Assembly (NCBI GenBank): GCA_002269645.1
Contig: NIVC01000570.1
Span: 372,001 to 436,000, forward strand
Length of the DNA stretch: 64,000 nucleotides
Direction of reading: 5' to 3'
From: Macrostomum lignano
Taxonomy: Eukaryota
Shown here: one piece after another, positions 1 through 11,642 of the stretch
Layout: each line of letters begins with the position of its first letter
Numbering within the stretch: position 1 is the stretch's first letter
The notes under the pieces: generated by a model
Database searches by the model: none
What the model was told of the DNA's origin: nothing
Seen by the model: only the letters and a program-made list of their open reading frames with translations
Made by a program: the position numbers and the translations under genes

Positions 1-1147
1 CAACATATTTTTAAATTGATTTCTTACTTACACTCTAAAATTTCTTACCATACAGCAAGCTCTCTCTGTGCTCATATACAATCACAATATATCTCTACGA
101 TAGATGAAATATTTTATTAGGATGAGTTTTCTAAATTATTTTTCTATTTTTTCTTACTCTTTAAGTTTAAGTAATAAAATAGGCTAATTGCTAGCAATCG
201 ACAACACAAATTTATTTAGTTATTTTTCAGTTTATGCATAATGCAGACTGATTGATTTCATTATAAAAAACAAATGACATTTTTCTCATCCAAAATTATT
301 ATTCAGCCTGTTGAGACTGGACTACTTTAATATTTAACTATAATTTACTATAGTGACTGCCAATTCCCGAACCAGGGCAGGGGCAGGGGGTCAGGCCTTG
401 TTATTGACTCATTTAGTGAAATAACTCGCATTGACTATTTCTGAGGTTAAATAAACTTTGTCCATTAGATTATGATAAATTATACAAAACATGCTTCACG
501 TGCACGATAAAACTCAGAAGTCTGTTGAAACGTGGCGTCTGAAATTTAAATATTTTCGAGTAACAAAAAAACAAACAAAATAGTTTCCTTTTTTTCATTA
601 GTCAGCACGATGAAAGAGTAAAAAGCACAGCAAATACTTAATAAAAAAGCTTTTAGCTTGTGAATAGCAAATTCAGAAAAAGGTATTTAGAGTAAGCGAA
701 TAAGTGATTTCGACAATTTTTTTAAAAGATTAATTTTATTTTCCCATCAGACGATTCAGAGATTCAGATAATTAATTTCCCATCATTGTGATCAAGCAAC
801 TGATTGTATAACCGTACTTTTTAAAATAATAAACAATGTATTGTTGAATCCTGAAGCCTGGGATTTTCATCCCTACTAGCACAAAAGACCTGCCGGGAAG
901 CGGGAACTCAGTTAGTTGACAGCGATAATTTTACTGAAAATAATATATATACATGTACCACTTTAATTGTTTCTAGTTGATTTGGTACGTTACAAGTTTA
1001 TTTAAAGTGTATAAAAATTGAGGTCCCAAAAACTCATAAATTGTACGTATGGGCTTCATGTGTAGGCTTTAATCTCCATTTTCGCACCTAGCTTTCCTAC
1101 TCCTTTTTAATCAGCATCGTCACGTCAAAGTCCCTCAGGACACGCTT

Positions 1148-1345
1148 TCAGAAAAAACGGGCTATAGACCCGAACGTCTGGGTTTCTGCTTTCCCCGCTT
1201 TCCGGGCGAAAGTCCCGCTTTTTCACCCGATTTAGTTTCAACCGTTTTGTCGGCGTGCTTTCCGGGTGAATCGACCGTTTTTTAGTTTTCACCCGAAAAA
1301 TTTAAAGTTCCGGGCCCAATTGCATATGTTTCCGGGCGAAAATTC
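1148..1345. repeat. Cluster of short direct and inverted motifs (TTCCGGGYGAA / TTCACCCGA), resembling DNA-transposon subterminal repeats
   Basis: Motif recurs about 6-7 times in 200 bp in both orientations; no matching TIR pair found. Confidence 0.3.
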
Positions 1346-2086
1346 GGGCCAATTTTTCATAGGGTGTGGCGGAGCGAGGCGGAGAGAGAAGACGGGTAAA
1401 CAAGCAACGAGGGCTGTGAAAAACAAGGGTCGCAAAACAAGGGGCTACCCCGGGCGCCCCAGCCAGACAGGACTGATAAAGAGCGGGCTGGGGGTGGGTG
1501 CGCGGGGAGAGCTTAGTTTCCGGCTAGCATAATTTATGCGCGGCTTTTCTATTGGCCGGCGAGAAAAACCAACTTGAAAACAGAAATTATCGATCGCATT
1601 GTACATAGGCTTTACAAACGCACGCATTGTTGTTTAAAATTCTTTGGGCATTACTTTAAGCAGACGTTAGAGTACGAGACCATTAAATAACCAATATTAT
1701 AGATTGGCACTGCTCTCGCTAAAAAAGCCCTTGTCGGGGCTACCTCAACTGACAACGTCACATTCCCCAATGCTAAAAAGTTTTCGCTAAATTTCATACG
1801 ACAAATGTTTATCGGCATCAAGATGCATCTACAACGTCTCCACATGACGACTCTGTGTGGAGACTATGACGCCAAACAACACAGGCATTATAGTTGCATT
1901 GGGTGTCTAATTAATTCTTTCTGGTTGTTATATTTGGTAAAACTGATCAGTGAATAAGTATTGCGTAGATTTCACGTTTTCCATTCAGAATTGGGCGGTT
2001 CCGAGTCAATTTGCAAAGTCCGGTCAGCTGTGAGTTGTCTTAATCTTCCGATCGATAAAGCGATTTCGATGTGCGATGTGGCTCAT

Positions 2087-2269
2087 CTAACCATGAAAAT
2101 GAACGTGGAAGCCCTTCTTCCTCAGCTTCGGGAACTGCTCCTCCGACAGCTTGGAATCGTCCGAGTCGGACGGATCCTCCTTCGACTCGCTTTCGGCCTT
2201 GGCCTCCGAGGGCTCGACAACGACCAGGGCTGCGAAAACCAGAAGTCCGAGAACCAGTTGCCACTTCAT
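2087..2269 (-). CDS. Secreted His-rich prepropeptide, copy 1 (mature GFHVHFH-G)
   Basis: 60-aa ORF MKWQLVLGLLVFAALVVVEPSEAKAESESKEDPSDSDDSKLSEEQFPKLRKKGFHVHFHG: hydrophobic N-terminus, acidic spacer, RKK, terminal Gly; paralogous to 12 other loci. Confidence 0.85.
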   Translation of the reverse strand: MKWQLVLGLLVFAALVVVEPSEAKAESESKEDPSDSDDSKLSEEQFPKLRKKGFHVHFHG

Positions 2270-2375
2270 GATTGCTTGAGTCGAGTCGATTCTTAGAGTT
2301 GTGTGTAGATTGAGTCGAGTCTGAGCTTGTTGTGTTGAGCAGTCGGCAGCTGCAAATTTATATGCATCGGATCGG

Positions 2376-2388
2376 CACGTGTTTCCGG
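2376..2388 (-). promoter_or_regulatory. Conserved promoter motif CCGGAAACACGTG (E-box CACGTG next to an ETS-like GGAA), followed by a TATA-like element
   Basis: GGAAACACGTG lies upstream of all 11 full-length copies (also 15068, 17339, 22111, 30511, 32319, 43493, 47170, 50171, 52626, 53879), followed by TATAAA/TATATA or a close variant. Confidence 0.6.
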
Positions 2389-3620
2389 TCCGTCGAGTGG
2401 TGTTGTTTGAGCTGAATGCTTTCGCGTGAGCAGAGATAGGCGTTGCTTTAAGCGAATATCATGTAGCGTTTGTTTGCTTGTTGACACCCGAACAGTCAAA
2501 CAAGTACCGCTCAAGCATTTTCTTAGAGCAGGACACTGCAGGTATTCTCGTATTCGTTTCACTAAATATGAATGAGACTTTTGATGTGGAAAAACTGTCG
2601 TACTTCATCTAGGAGAAGAATCCCGGTAGAGACAGTGCATGTAAAAAAAGAAAGAGAACAATATTCGTAAGATTAAGGAGTAAAAGCGTTGTATGTTGAG
2701 GGGGTTGTTAACTTAAATGTTTCACTCCCCCTCTTCTTATGCATATTCTTCTTTTTGAGTCTTGAAGTTTCTTCTTCTTGATTTTTTTAGTTTCTTCTGC
2801 CTGTTAGGCTCCATTAATTGGTGAAATAAGACCGTTTGCATCTAATGACCCGATCAGCACAGTGATTAGAACTGTGATGACCGGAAACACAATTTTTAGG
2901 TAGTTTAGCGATTCCTAGTTTTATTTAATCGGAATGAGGCGAAGCATACTTTTGTGACTATGTACTTTTTTTCTTGAATGGGTTATAATATTTTTTCTGA
3001 ACTTGAAGGTCTTTTGCCTGGGATTTTTCAAATCCTAGTGCTTAAGTGGTAGCTTTTTTAAGTGGGCACCTTTGTTGTGTCATGATATTACGATATATCA
3101 CATGGTAAAGATATAAGTTTTAATCAATTTAACAAGTTTTCATACTAGGCAAGTGCCGTATAAGTCCGTCTTTCAGCAACTCACTCAATTAGTTTACTCA
3201 GTACATGTTCGAAACTGTTTAGCACAAATTTGTTCAATCTCATTTAACTGGAAAGCCCAGAAGAGTCGCGATGAGTTTAAAATTTTTAGAAAGGGTGAAA
3301 AATGCTGTCGAAATAAACACGGCGGTAGCAAGTCGGAAGTTGTCGATTTGCGCGTTGGTAGATTAAACGAGCCGAAGTCAGAATATAAGCTTGCGAATGG
3401 CATGCTTCCACGCATTTCCAGCCTGTGTGTGGATTCTCGTCATTTTATGCTTTGTTCGATCAAACCAAATTGGCTACTGAAATCTAAGCAGTTCGAAATC
3501 TAACCAGAAAAGTTAGAAACTACTATTAGAAACTGCAGAAATCGACACTCAGTGATCGGAACAACAATCTGTAAATATTCCCATGTCGTGGAATTTATTC
3601 TCCACTGCTGACAAATACAG

Positions 3621-3683
3621 ATGTCGGAGGAGCAGTTCCCGAAGCTGAGGAAGAAGGGCTTCCACGTTCATTTTCATGGTTAG
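3621..3683 (+). pseudogene. Prepropeptide copy 2, 5'-deleted (MSEEQFPKLRKKGFHVHFHG*)
   Basis: Last 20 codons and 3' flank match the family; upstream sequence joins directly to the far-upstream flank of the unit, so promoter and signal-peptide region are deleted. Confidence 0.8.
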
Positions 3684-4024
3684 ATGAGCCACATCGCACA
3701 TCGAAATCGCTTCATCGATCGGAAGATTAAGACAAGTCACAGCTGACGGACTTTAAACATTGATTTGAAACCGCCCAATTCGGAATGGTAAACGTAATAT
3801 TTGCCCGTATTTGCTGATTTTAATAAATATAACAACCAGAACAGTATATTAGCTACCCAATGAAGCTATAATCTCTGTGTTTTTGAGCTTTGCTAATTTC
3901 TTCGAGTTGCGATTCATTTGGAGATTTTTTATACAAATTTACTTACGGATAACGTTTGGTCGCTTTCATGAGATATTGTGCATCAAATTCCATTTATCGA
4001 AGCTCACTGGACTCTGAAATCTAA

Positions 4025-4626
<602 letters not shown>

Positions 4627-4629
<3 letters not shown>

Positions 4630-4797
4630 ATGCAAAAGGCAGTTTCAACCTGCAAACCACACACACGGAAATATTGAAGAACGTTATTTTTCGAATATTC
4701 AGAAACCGATATTTCGGCCAGAACCTGGCCTTCATCAGGGTTTATACTTGAGGTATAAAAACGATTATTTTGGCAGTGAAGTTATTTAATCAGAAAT
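4627..4797 (-). repeat. ~170-bp dispersed repeat containing a hammerhead motif (Penelope-terminus or retrozyme-like), copy 1
   Basis: Near-identical to 14331-14503. Confidence 0.75.
4703..4743 (-). ncRNA. Minimal type I hammerhead ribozyme motif
   Basis: Minus strand: AAACC-CUGAUGA-A-GGCCAG-GUU-CUGGCC-GAAA-UAU-C-GGUUU; stem I AAACC/GGUUU, 6-bp stem II, palindromic AUAU stem III, AUC cleavage triplet. Confidence 0.75.
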
Positions 4798-5124
4798 TTA
4801 ATATTTATATATACGAGCTTTGGAGGGGTGCGTTGAGCAGCGTTGTGTAACGATGTGTACGTATAAAAGGTAAATTGAAGCACGCTGATTGGTCAAAGTT
4901 TTGCGGCTAAAGCCTTGCACAAAAATAAAGAAGTTAGGTTCTATAGAAAAACAGATTTAAAGCATTCAAGTGTATGACTAAGTATCTTGAAAAGTTCAAC
5001 AAATAAGTTAATTACGCCCGTAGAAAAAAACAAATATTAAATTAACACAGAGCACTGAAAACTATGCATAAATAAGTGTAAATACTTAGATGTAAATATT
5101 GAATACATATACAGCAATTAGATT

Positions 5125-5324
5125 GGGTAGCCAGTCAGGCCACGCGAGACGCAGTTGGCGGTGTCTGCTCACAGACCGCCGCAGCCCAGTCCCTGGACAC
5201 AGGCGGTTTGGTCAATGCTGATTGGTTGTACTCGTACATTCATAGTAGAATAGTAGTAGAAGTAGTAGTAGTAGTAGAAGTAGTAGTAGTAGTAGAAGTA
5301 GTAGTAGTAGTAGAAGTAGTAGTA

Positions 5325-5358
<34 letters not shown>

Positions 5359-5632
5359 AGTAGTATTAGTCGTAGTCGTAGTAGAGCCGTACTGGTAGCA
5401 GTAATTCGAAGTAGCCAGTCAGGCCACGAGGATCGCAGTTGGCGGCGTCTGGTCACAGACCGCCGCCTGCACAGCCCCTGGTCACAGGCGACTGGGCACT
5501 GCCGATCAGTTGAAGCTAGATTGTCAGTAGTAGTAGCACTAGTAGTTGCAGTAGTAGTAGTAGTTGTAGTAGTAGTAGTAATAGTTGTAGTAGTAGTAGT
5601 CGTAATCGTAGTCGTAGTCGTAGTAGTGTCGT
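5125..5632. repeat. (TAG/AGT)n microsatellites interleaved with two diverged ~90-bp GC-rich duplicates
   Basis: GTAGCCAGTCAGGCCACG...CAGACCGCCGC at about 5126 and 5411. Confidence 0.8.
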
Positions 5633-6045
5633 ACATCTAATATTTGCAGCTGCAGAAATAGTACTCTTGCTTATCCCGAGTAGATTTTTAGCGGAGAACT
5701 AGCAATCTAGCGCCCCCCTTCGGGGTGGCCAATAAGCAAGGGACGAATCCTTTAAAATGAAAAAAAATTCTTAGGGAGGGGGGCTAGGAATCGAATTCTC
5801 ATTTTAATTCCAGGCTTATGTACCAATAAAACATGTTTGTGCAGAATTTTATAACAGACATTGAAATTCAACCATACTTGCCTTCTTTCAGAGCTACTTC
5901 TACCAGTATGCTTCAGTACGCTACCAGTACCCGTGTAAGCCTTGACATGTCAGCAACCCCCCCACAAGCCTTAACATATCAACTCCCCCTTGACATCTCA
6001 GCGATGCTCCATAAGCCTTGAAATCTTAAAAAATCTGTCTACTTT

Positions 6046-6097
6046 CTAACCCTAACCCTAACCCTAACCCTAACCCTAACCCTAACCCTAACCCTAA
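6046..6097 (-). repeat. Interstitial telomeric repeat (TTAGGG)n, about 8 units
   Basis: (CCCTAA)n read directly, embedded in degenerate AAGCCTTGACATCTCAGC repeats (about 5930-6900). Confidence 0.9.
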
Positions 6098-7039
6098 AGC
6101 ATTGAAATTTCAGTAATTCTCTCTAAGAGTCTATAGCACTACTACAGCATTAAAGCGATTCCCTGCAAGCCTCGACATCGTAGGGATTCCCAAATTAATC
6201 TCTTAACTTCGACATGAAGCTTCTTTTTTTTTACATTACGCTTTTTCTATCAGCGATCCCTCCCGTGAGGAGCCAACAAATAATGTAATAACTTTTTCCA
6301 ATAAACTACATGTAGCTTCTGACATTAGCCTTGACATCTCATTTATTCCCCCGTGAGCCTTGACATCTCAGCTATAGATAGATAGATAGATAGATTCCCC
6401 TCGTAAGCCTTGACATGTCAGCGATGCCCCCCATAAACCTTGAAATCTAAAAAATCCCCTGTTAACCTTGAAACGCGCTAAAATCTAACCCTCAACCCAA
6501 ACCTGACGTAAACCTAACTTTTACCCAACCTAAAGCCTTGAAATCACAGCAATTCTTCTTCCCTAAGCCTTGGCATTTAAGTGATTCCTTCTTTAAGAAT
6601 CACAGCACTATAACGATTCCCTCCAAGCTTTGACATCGTAGCAATTCCCAAATGAATCTTTTAACTTTGACATGACTTTTATTTTATGTATACATAGTGC
6701 TCCTTTTATTTTTACATGACTCTTCTTCTATCAGCGCCCCCCCCCACCGTGGCAAGCCAACAAAGAATGCAATAAAAAAACTTAAGTAAAGTACATGTAC
6801 TTTGAAGTAGCTTCTGACTTTTGCTTTAACATCTCAGAAACCCCCTGTAATCTCAGTTATTCTCTGTGAGCCTTGACGTCTCAGTGATTCTCCCCAGCAC
6901 AGCACTATAGCTTCATTTAATTTTTATGACACTTGTTTCATGTCTGACATGACGCTTCTTTTGATTTTTACGTTACGCTTCTTTTATTCTTCCATGATGC
7001 TTCTTAATTTTTTAAAAGACACACTTTCATTAGTTTTTA

Positions 7040-8200
7040 TATGAGGCTTCTATGATTTTTTCATGACGCTTCTATGCTAACATGACGCTTCTATGCTTGT
7101 TTACATGACGCTTTTATGATTGTTTACATGACGCTTTTATGATTGTTTACATGACGCTTCTATGATTGTTTACATGACGCTTGTATGATTGTTTACATGA
7201 CGCTTCTATGATTTTTTACATGACGCTTCTATGATTTTTACATGACGCTACTATGATTTTTACATGACGCTTCTATGATTTTTTCATGACGCTTCTATGA
7301 TTTTTACATGACGCTTCTATGATTTTTACATGACGCTTCTATGATTTTTTACATGACGCTTCTATGATTGTTTACATGACGCTTCTATGATTGTTTACAT
7401 GACGCTTCTATGATTTTTAAGACGCTTTTATGATTTTAACATGACGCTTCTATGATTTTTTACATGACGCTTCTATGATTGTTTACATGACGCTTGTATG
7501 ATTGTTTACATGACGCTTGTATGATTGTTTACATGACGCTTTTATGATTTTAACATGACGCTTCTATGATTGTTTACATGACGCTTCTATGATTTTTACA
7601 TAACGCTTCTATGATTTTTACATGACGCTTCTATGATTTTTTCATGACGCTTCTATGATTTTTACATGACGCTTCTATGATTTTTACATGACGCTTCTAT
7701 GATTTTTTACATGACGCTTCTATGATTGTTTACATGACGCTTCTATGATTGTTTACATGACGCTTCTATGATTGTTTACATGACGCTTTTATGATTGTTT
7801 ACATGACGCTTCTATGATTTTTACATGACGCTTCTATGATTGTTTACATGACGCTTCTATGATTGTTTACATGACGCTTCTATGATTGTTTACATGACGC
7901 TTGTATGATTGTTTACATGACGCTTCTATGATTTTTTATGACGCTTTTATGATTTTAACATGACGCTTCTATGATTTTTTACATGACGCTTCTATGATTG
8001 TTTACATGACGCTTGTATGATTGTTTACATGACGCTTGTATGATTTTAACATGACTCTTCTATGATTGTTTGCATGACGCTTTTATGATTTTAACATGAC
8101 GCTTCTATGATTGTTTACATGACGCTTCTATGATTGTTTACATGACGCTTCTATGATTGTTTACATGACGCTTGTATGATTGTTTACATGACGCTTCCAT
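7040..8200. repeat. Minisatellite A, 22-23-bp unit ACATGACGCTTCTATGATTGTTT
   Basis: About 50 head-to-tail units, no spacers. Confidence 0.95.
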
Positions 8201-8235
8201 AATTTTTTTTGTCTTGGCGTTAAAAAGCTTTAATT

Positions 8236-8316
8236 AAAAAAACTCTACTCTCTAAAAATTCGAACCATCGTCCCTGCATTTAGCAGTTTAGTCTGTTTAC
8301 CTCTAGGCTAGCTCTC
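8236..8316 (-). promoter_or_regulatory. tRNA-derived Pol III-type head 1 (A box, B box, oligo-T)
   Basis: Minus strand TAGCCTAGAGGTA ... AACTGCTAA ... GGTTCGAAT followed by a T run; homologous to 10157-10238 and 13546-13627. Confidence 0.55.
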
Positions 8317-8356
8317 ATGAATTTTAGTCATTACCCCTAAATAGAAAATATTCCCA

Positions 8357-8585
8357 AGACAGCAAGCATCCCCCCAGTAGCAAGCATCCCCTAATACTCC
8401 TAGCAAGCATCCACCCAGATAGCAAGCATCTGCAGATAGCAAGCATCTGCAGATAGCAAGCATCTTGCAGATAGCAAGCATCTTGCAGATAGCAAGCATA
8501 CCCCAAATAATGTAGAAGCATCGTTCCAGATAGCAAGCATCCTGCACATAGCAAGAATCCCTAAATAGCAAGCATCCCTGGATAG
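8357..8585. repeat. 17-18-bp minisatellite AGATAGCAAGCATCCCC, short array
   Basis: Same unit as 10915-11545. Confidence 0.9.
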
Positions 8586-8619
8586 AAATAATCCTATACA
8601 TGTAGCCAAGCTTATCAAG

Positions 8620-10118
8620 CGCAGTAATCCTTGGCTATCGAGTGCAGTAATCCTTGGTTTATTAATAGCAATAATCCATGGCTTATCGAGTGCAGTAATT
8701 CTTGGTTTGCCAAGTGCAGTAAGTAATCCTTGGTTTATTAATAGCAATAATCCATGGCTTATGAGTGCAGTAATCCTTGGTTTATTAATAGCAATAATCC
8801 TTGGCTTATCGAGTGCAGTAATTCATGGTTTATTAATAGCAATAATCCTTGGCTTATCGAGTGCAGTAATCCTTGGTTTATTAATAGCAATAATCCTTGG
8901 CTTATCGAGTGCAGTAATCCTTGGTTTATTAATAGCAATAATCCATGCCTTATCGAGTGCAGTAATCCTTGGTTTATTAATAGCAATAATCCTTGGCTTA
9001 TCGAGTGCAGTAATCCTTGGTTTATTAATAGCAATAATCCATGGCTTATCGAGTGCAGTAATCCTTGGTTTATTAATAGCAATAATCCTTTATTAATCAA
9101 GTGCAGTAATCCTTGGTTTGCCAAGAGCAATAGTCCTTGGTTTATTGAGTGCAGTAATCCTTGGTTTATTAATAGCAATAATCCTTGGCTTATCGAGTGC
9201 AGTAATCCTTGGTTTGCCAAGTGCATAATCCTTGGTTTATTAATAGCAATAATCCTTGGCTTATCGAGTGCAGTAATCCTTGGTTTATTAATAGCAATAA
9301 TCCATGGCTTATCGAGTGCAGTAATCCTTGGTTTATTAATAGCAATAATCCATGGCTTATCGAGTGCAGTAATCCTTGGTTTATTAATAGCAATAATCCA
9401 TGGCTTATCGAGTGCAGTAATCCTTGGTTTGCCAAGAGCAATAGTCCTTGGTTTATTGAGTGCAGTAATCCTTGGTTTATTAATAGCAATAGTCCTTGGT
9501 TTATTGAGTGCAGTAATCCGTGGTTTATTAATAGCAATAATCCTTGGCTTATCGAGTGCAGTAATCCTTGGTTTGCCAAGTGCATAATCCTTGGTTTATT
9601 AATAGCAATAGTCCTTGGTTTATCGAGTGCAGTAATCCTTGGTTTATTAATAGCAATAATCCTTGGCTTATCGAGTGCAGTAATCCTTGGTTTATTAATA
9701 GCAATAATCCATGGCTTATCGAGTGCAGTAATCCTTGGTTTGCCAAGAGCAATAGTCCTTGGCTTATCGAGTGCAGTAATCCTTGGTTTGCCAAGAGCAA
9801 TAGTCCTTGGTTTATTGAGTGCAGTAATCCTTGGTTTATTAATAGCAATAATCCTTGGCTTATCGAGTGCAGTAATCCTTGGTTTGCCAAGAGCAATAGT
9901 CCTTGGTTTATTGAGTGCAGTAATCCTTGGTTTATTAATAGTAATAGTCCTTGGTTTATTGAGTGCAGTAATCCTTGGTTTATTAATAGCAATAATCCTT
10001 GGCTTATCGAGTGCAGTAATCCTTGGTTTATTAATAGCAATAATCCTTGGCTTATCGAGTGCAGTATTCCTTGGTTTGCCAAGAGCAATAATCCTTAGCT
10101 TATCGAGTGCAGTAATCT
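8620..10118. repeat. Minisatellite B, 48-bp unit made of two 24-bp subunits (GTAATCCTTGGTTTATTAATAGCA ATAATCCTTGGCTTATCGAGTGCA)
   Basis: About 31 head-to-tail units. Confidence 0.95.
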
Positions 10119-10156
10119 AAGTGTTTTTATTTAGTCCTTTAATAAAAGCTTTTAAT

Positions 10157-10238
10157 AAAAAATTTTACACTACTACTTAGATTCGAACCCAGGTCACTGC
10201 ATTAGCAGTCTGGTCTGTTCTGCTCTAGGCTAGCTCTC
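10157..10238 (-). promoter_or_regulatory. tRNA-derived Pol III-type head 2
   Basis: Minus strand GAGAGCTAGCCTAGAGCAG...AGACTGCTAATGCAGTGACCTGGGTTCGAATC then T6; GACTGCTAAT resembles a tRNA-Ser(GCU) anticodon loop. Confidence 0.6.
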
Positions 10239-10914
10239 ATCGAAGTTATCAGTGATGTTGTACCACTTATATAATTCAACACTCACACCAAGTCAGGTAG
10301 AGTAAAAAGTCTCACGAAGCAGTTATGACATAATCAATTTCTTAGGCAAGTCAGTACCAGTGTCTATGAAAGTTTACAATATGGTTACGTAATATAAATT
10401 CAGTACTGCGCTATGCTTTCACACTCAAAGCTGTGACGCAATTCAATTGAGTGTCAAATTCAGCCAGTACACAGACGATAAATAAAGTGTATTGTGATGC
10501 AATCTATTTCAGAATCAGAATTCAACCAGTCAGTTTTTTCTCTAGCATTTTTACAGTGCGTTTCAAGTCGAAATAGCTGCTTGACCTTTGCAAAAAAGCA
10601 TGTTTTTCGAATATTTAATCCCTTTAGCATCGAGCAATTTCTTAGCCACGATGCATGTACCGTCACGGAAAAATTTCTGATCGAATGGTGCAAGTTCGAA
10701 TAAAATCGGTTGAGCCGTTTTTGCTAAAATCGATCACACACATACCAACAGACCATTTTTAGTATATGGACTAGCAATCTTCGCCCCCCGATGGGGGACA
10801 TCTGGATAGAATCTCTGTTCTCTACAAGTAACAAAAAGACAGCCAGAAAATCCTTCACAAAGAGCCAGACAAACTGCTCAAATGAAGTGAATTGCAATAA
10901 GAAATCTTCCCAAG

Positions 10915-11545
10915 ACCACAAGCATCCCCAGATAGCAAGCATTCCCCAGATAGCAAGCATCCCTCAAATAGCAAGCATCCCCCAGATAGCAAGCATCCCC
11001 AGATAGCAAGCATCCCCCAGATAGCAAGCATCCCCCAGATAGCAAACATCCCCAGCCAGATAGCAAGCATCCCCAGATAGCAAGCATTCCCCAGATAGCA
11101 AACATTCCCCAGATAGCAAGCATTCCCCAGATAGCAAGCATCCCTCAGATAGCAAGCATACCCCAAATAGCAAGCATCCCTCAGATAGCAAGCATCCCTC
11201 AGATAGCAAGCATCCCCCAGATAGCAAGCATCACTCAGATAGCAAGCATCCCTCAGATAGCAAGCATCCACCAGATAGCAAGTATCCCTCAGATAGCAAG
11301 CATCCCCCAAATTGCAAGCATCGCCCAGATAGCAAGCATCCCCCAGAAAGCAAGCATCCTCCAAATAGCAAGCATCCCCCAGATAGCAAGCATCACTCAG
11401 ATAGCAAGCATCCCTCAGATAGCAAGCATCCACCAGATAGCAAGCATCCCTCAGATAGCAAGCATCCCCCAAATTGCAAGCATCGCCCAGATAGCAAGCA
11501 TCCCCCAGAAAGCAAGCATCCCCCAAATAGCAACCATCCACCAGA
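10915..11545. repeat. 17-18-bp minisatellite AGATAGCAAGCATCCCC
   Basis: About 35 tandem units. Confidence 0.95.
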
Positions 11546-11642
11546 CAAAAAGTAGCTAGAGCGACAATTTCCTTAGCTTTATAGTGGCTCATTTAAATTG
11601 GCATGGCGCTTTATACCTTTACATTTGAAATTGTATATCTTG

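Larger units (their letters stand above)
5699..10770 (-). mobile_element. Non-autonomous Helitron-like element A carrying minisatellites
   Basis: Minus strand starts TCCATATACTAAAAATG (10770) and ends with a GC-rich hairpin-like tract then CTAG (5699-5702) followed by T; its ~520-bp 5' region is shared with element B. Confidence 0.6.

Noticed and set aside
1961-2296. Overlapping and antisense ORFs at each peptide copy (MRCGSS..., MATGSR..., MKMNVEALL...)
   Set aside because: By-products of the GC-rich CDS; their starts and lengths vary between copies, whereas the signal-spacer-peptide frame is conserved
8707-10120. Long ORFs in satellite B (SAVILGLLIAII, NPWFINS repeats) and in the other satellites
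   Set aside because: Open frames arise from stop-free repeat units in several frames and both strands; no splice or start context
10157-10238. tRNA-like heads as functional tRNA-Ser genes
   Set aside because: Acceptor and anticodon stems do not pair; only A/B-box and loop motifs remain
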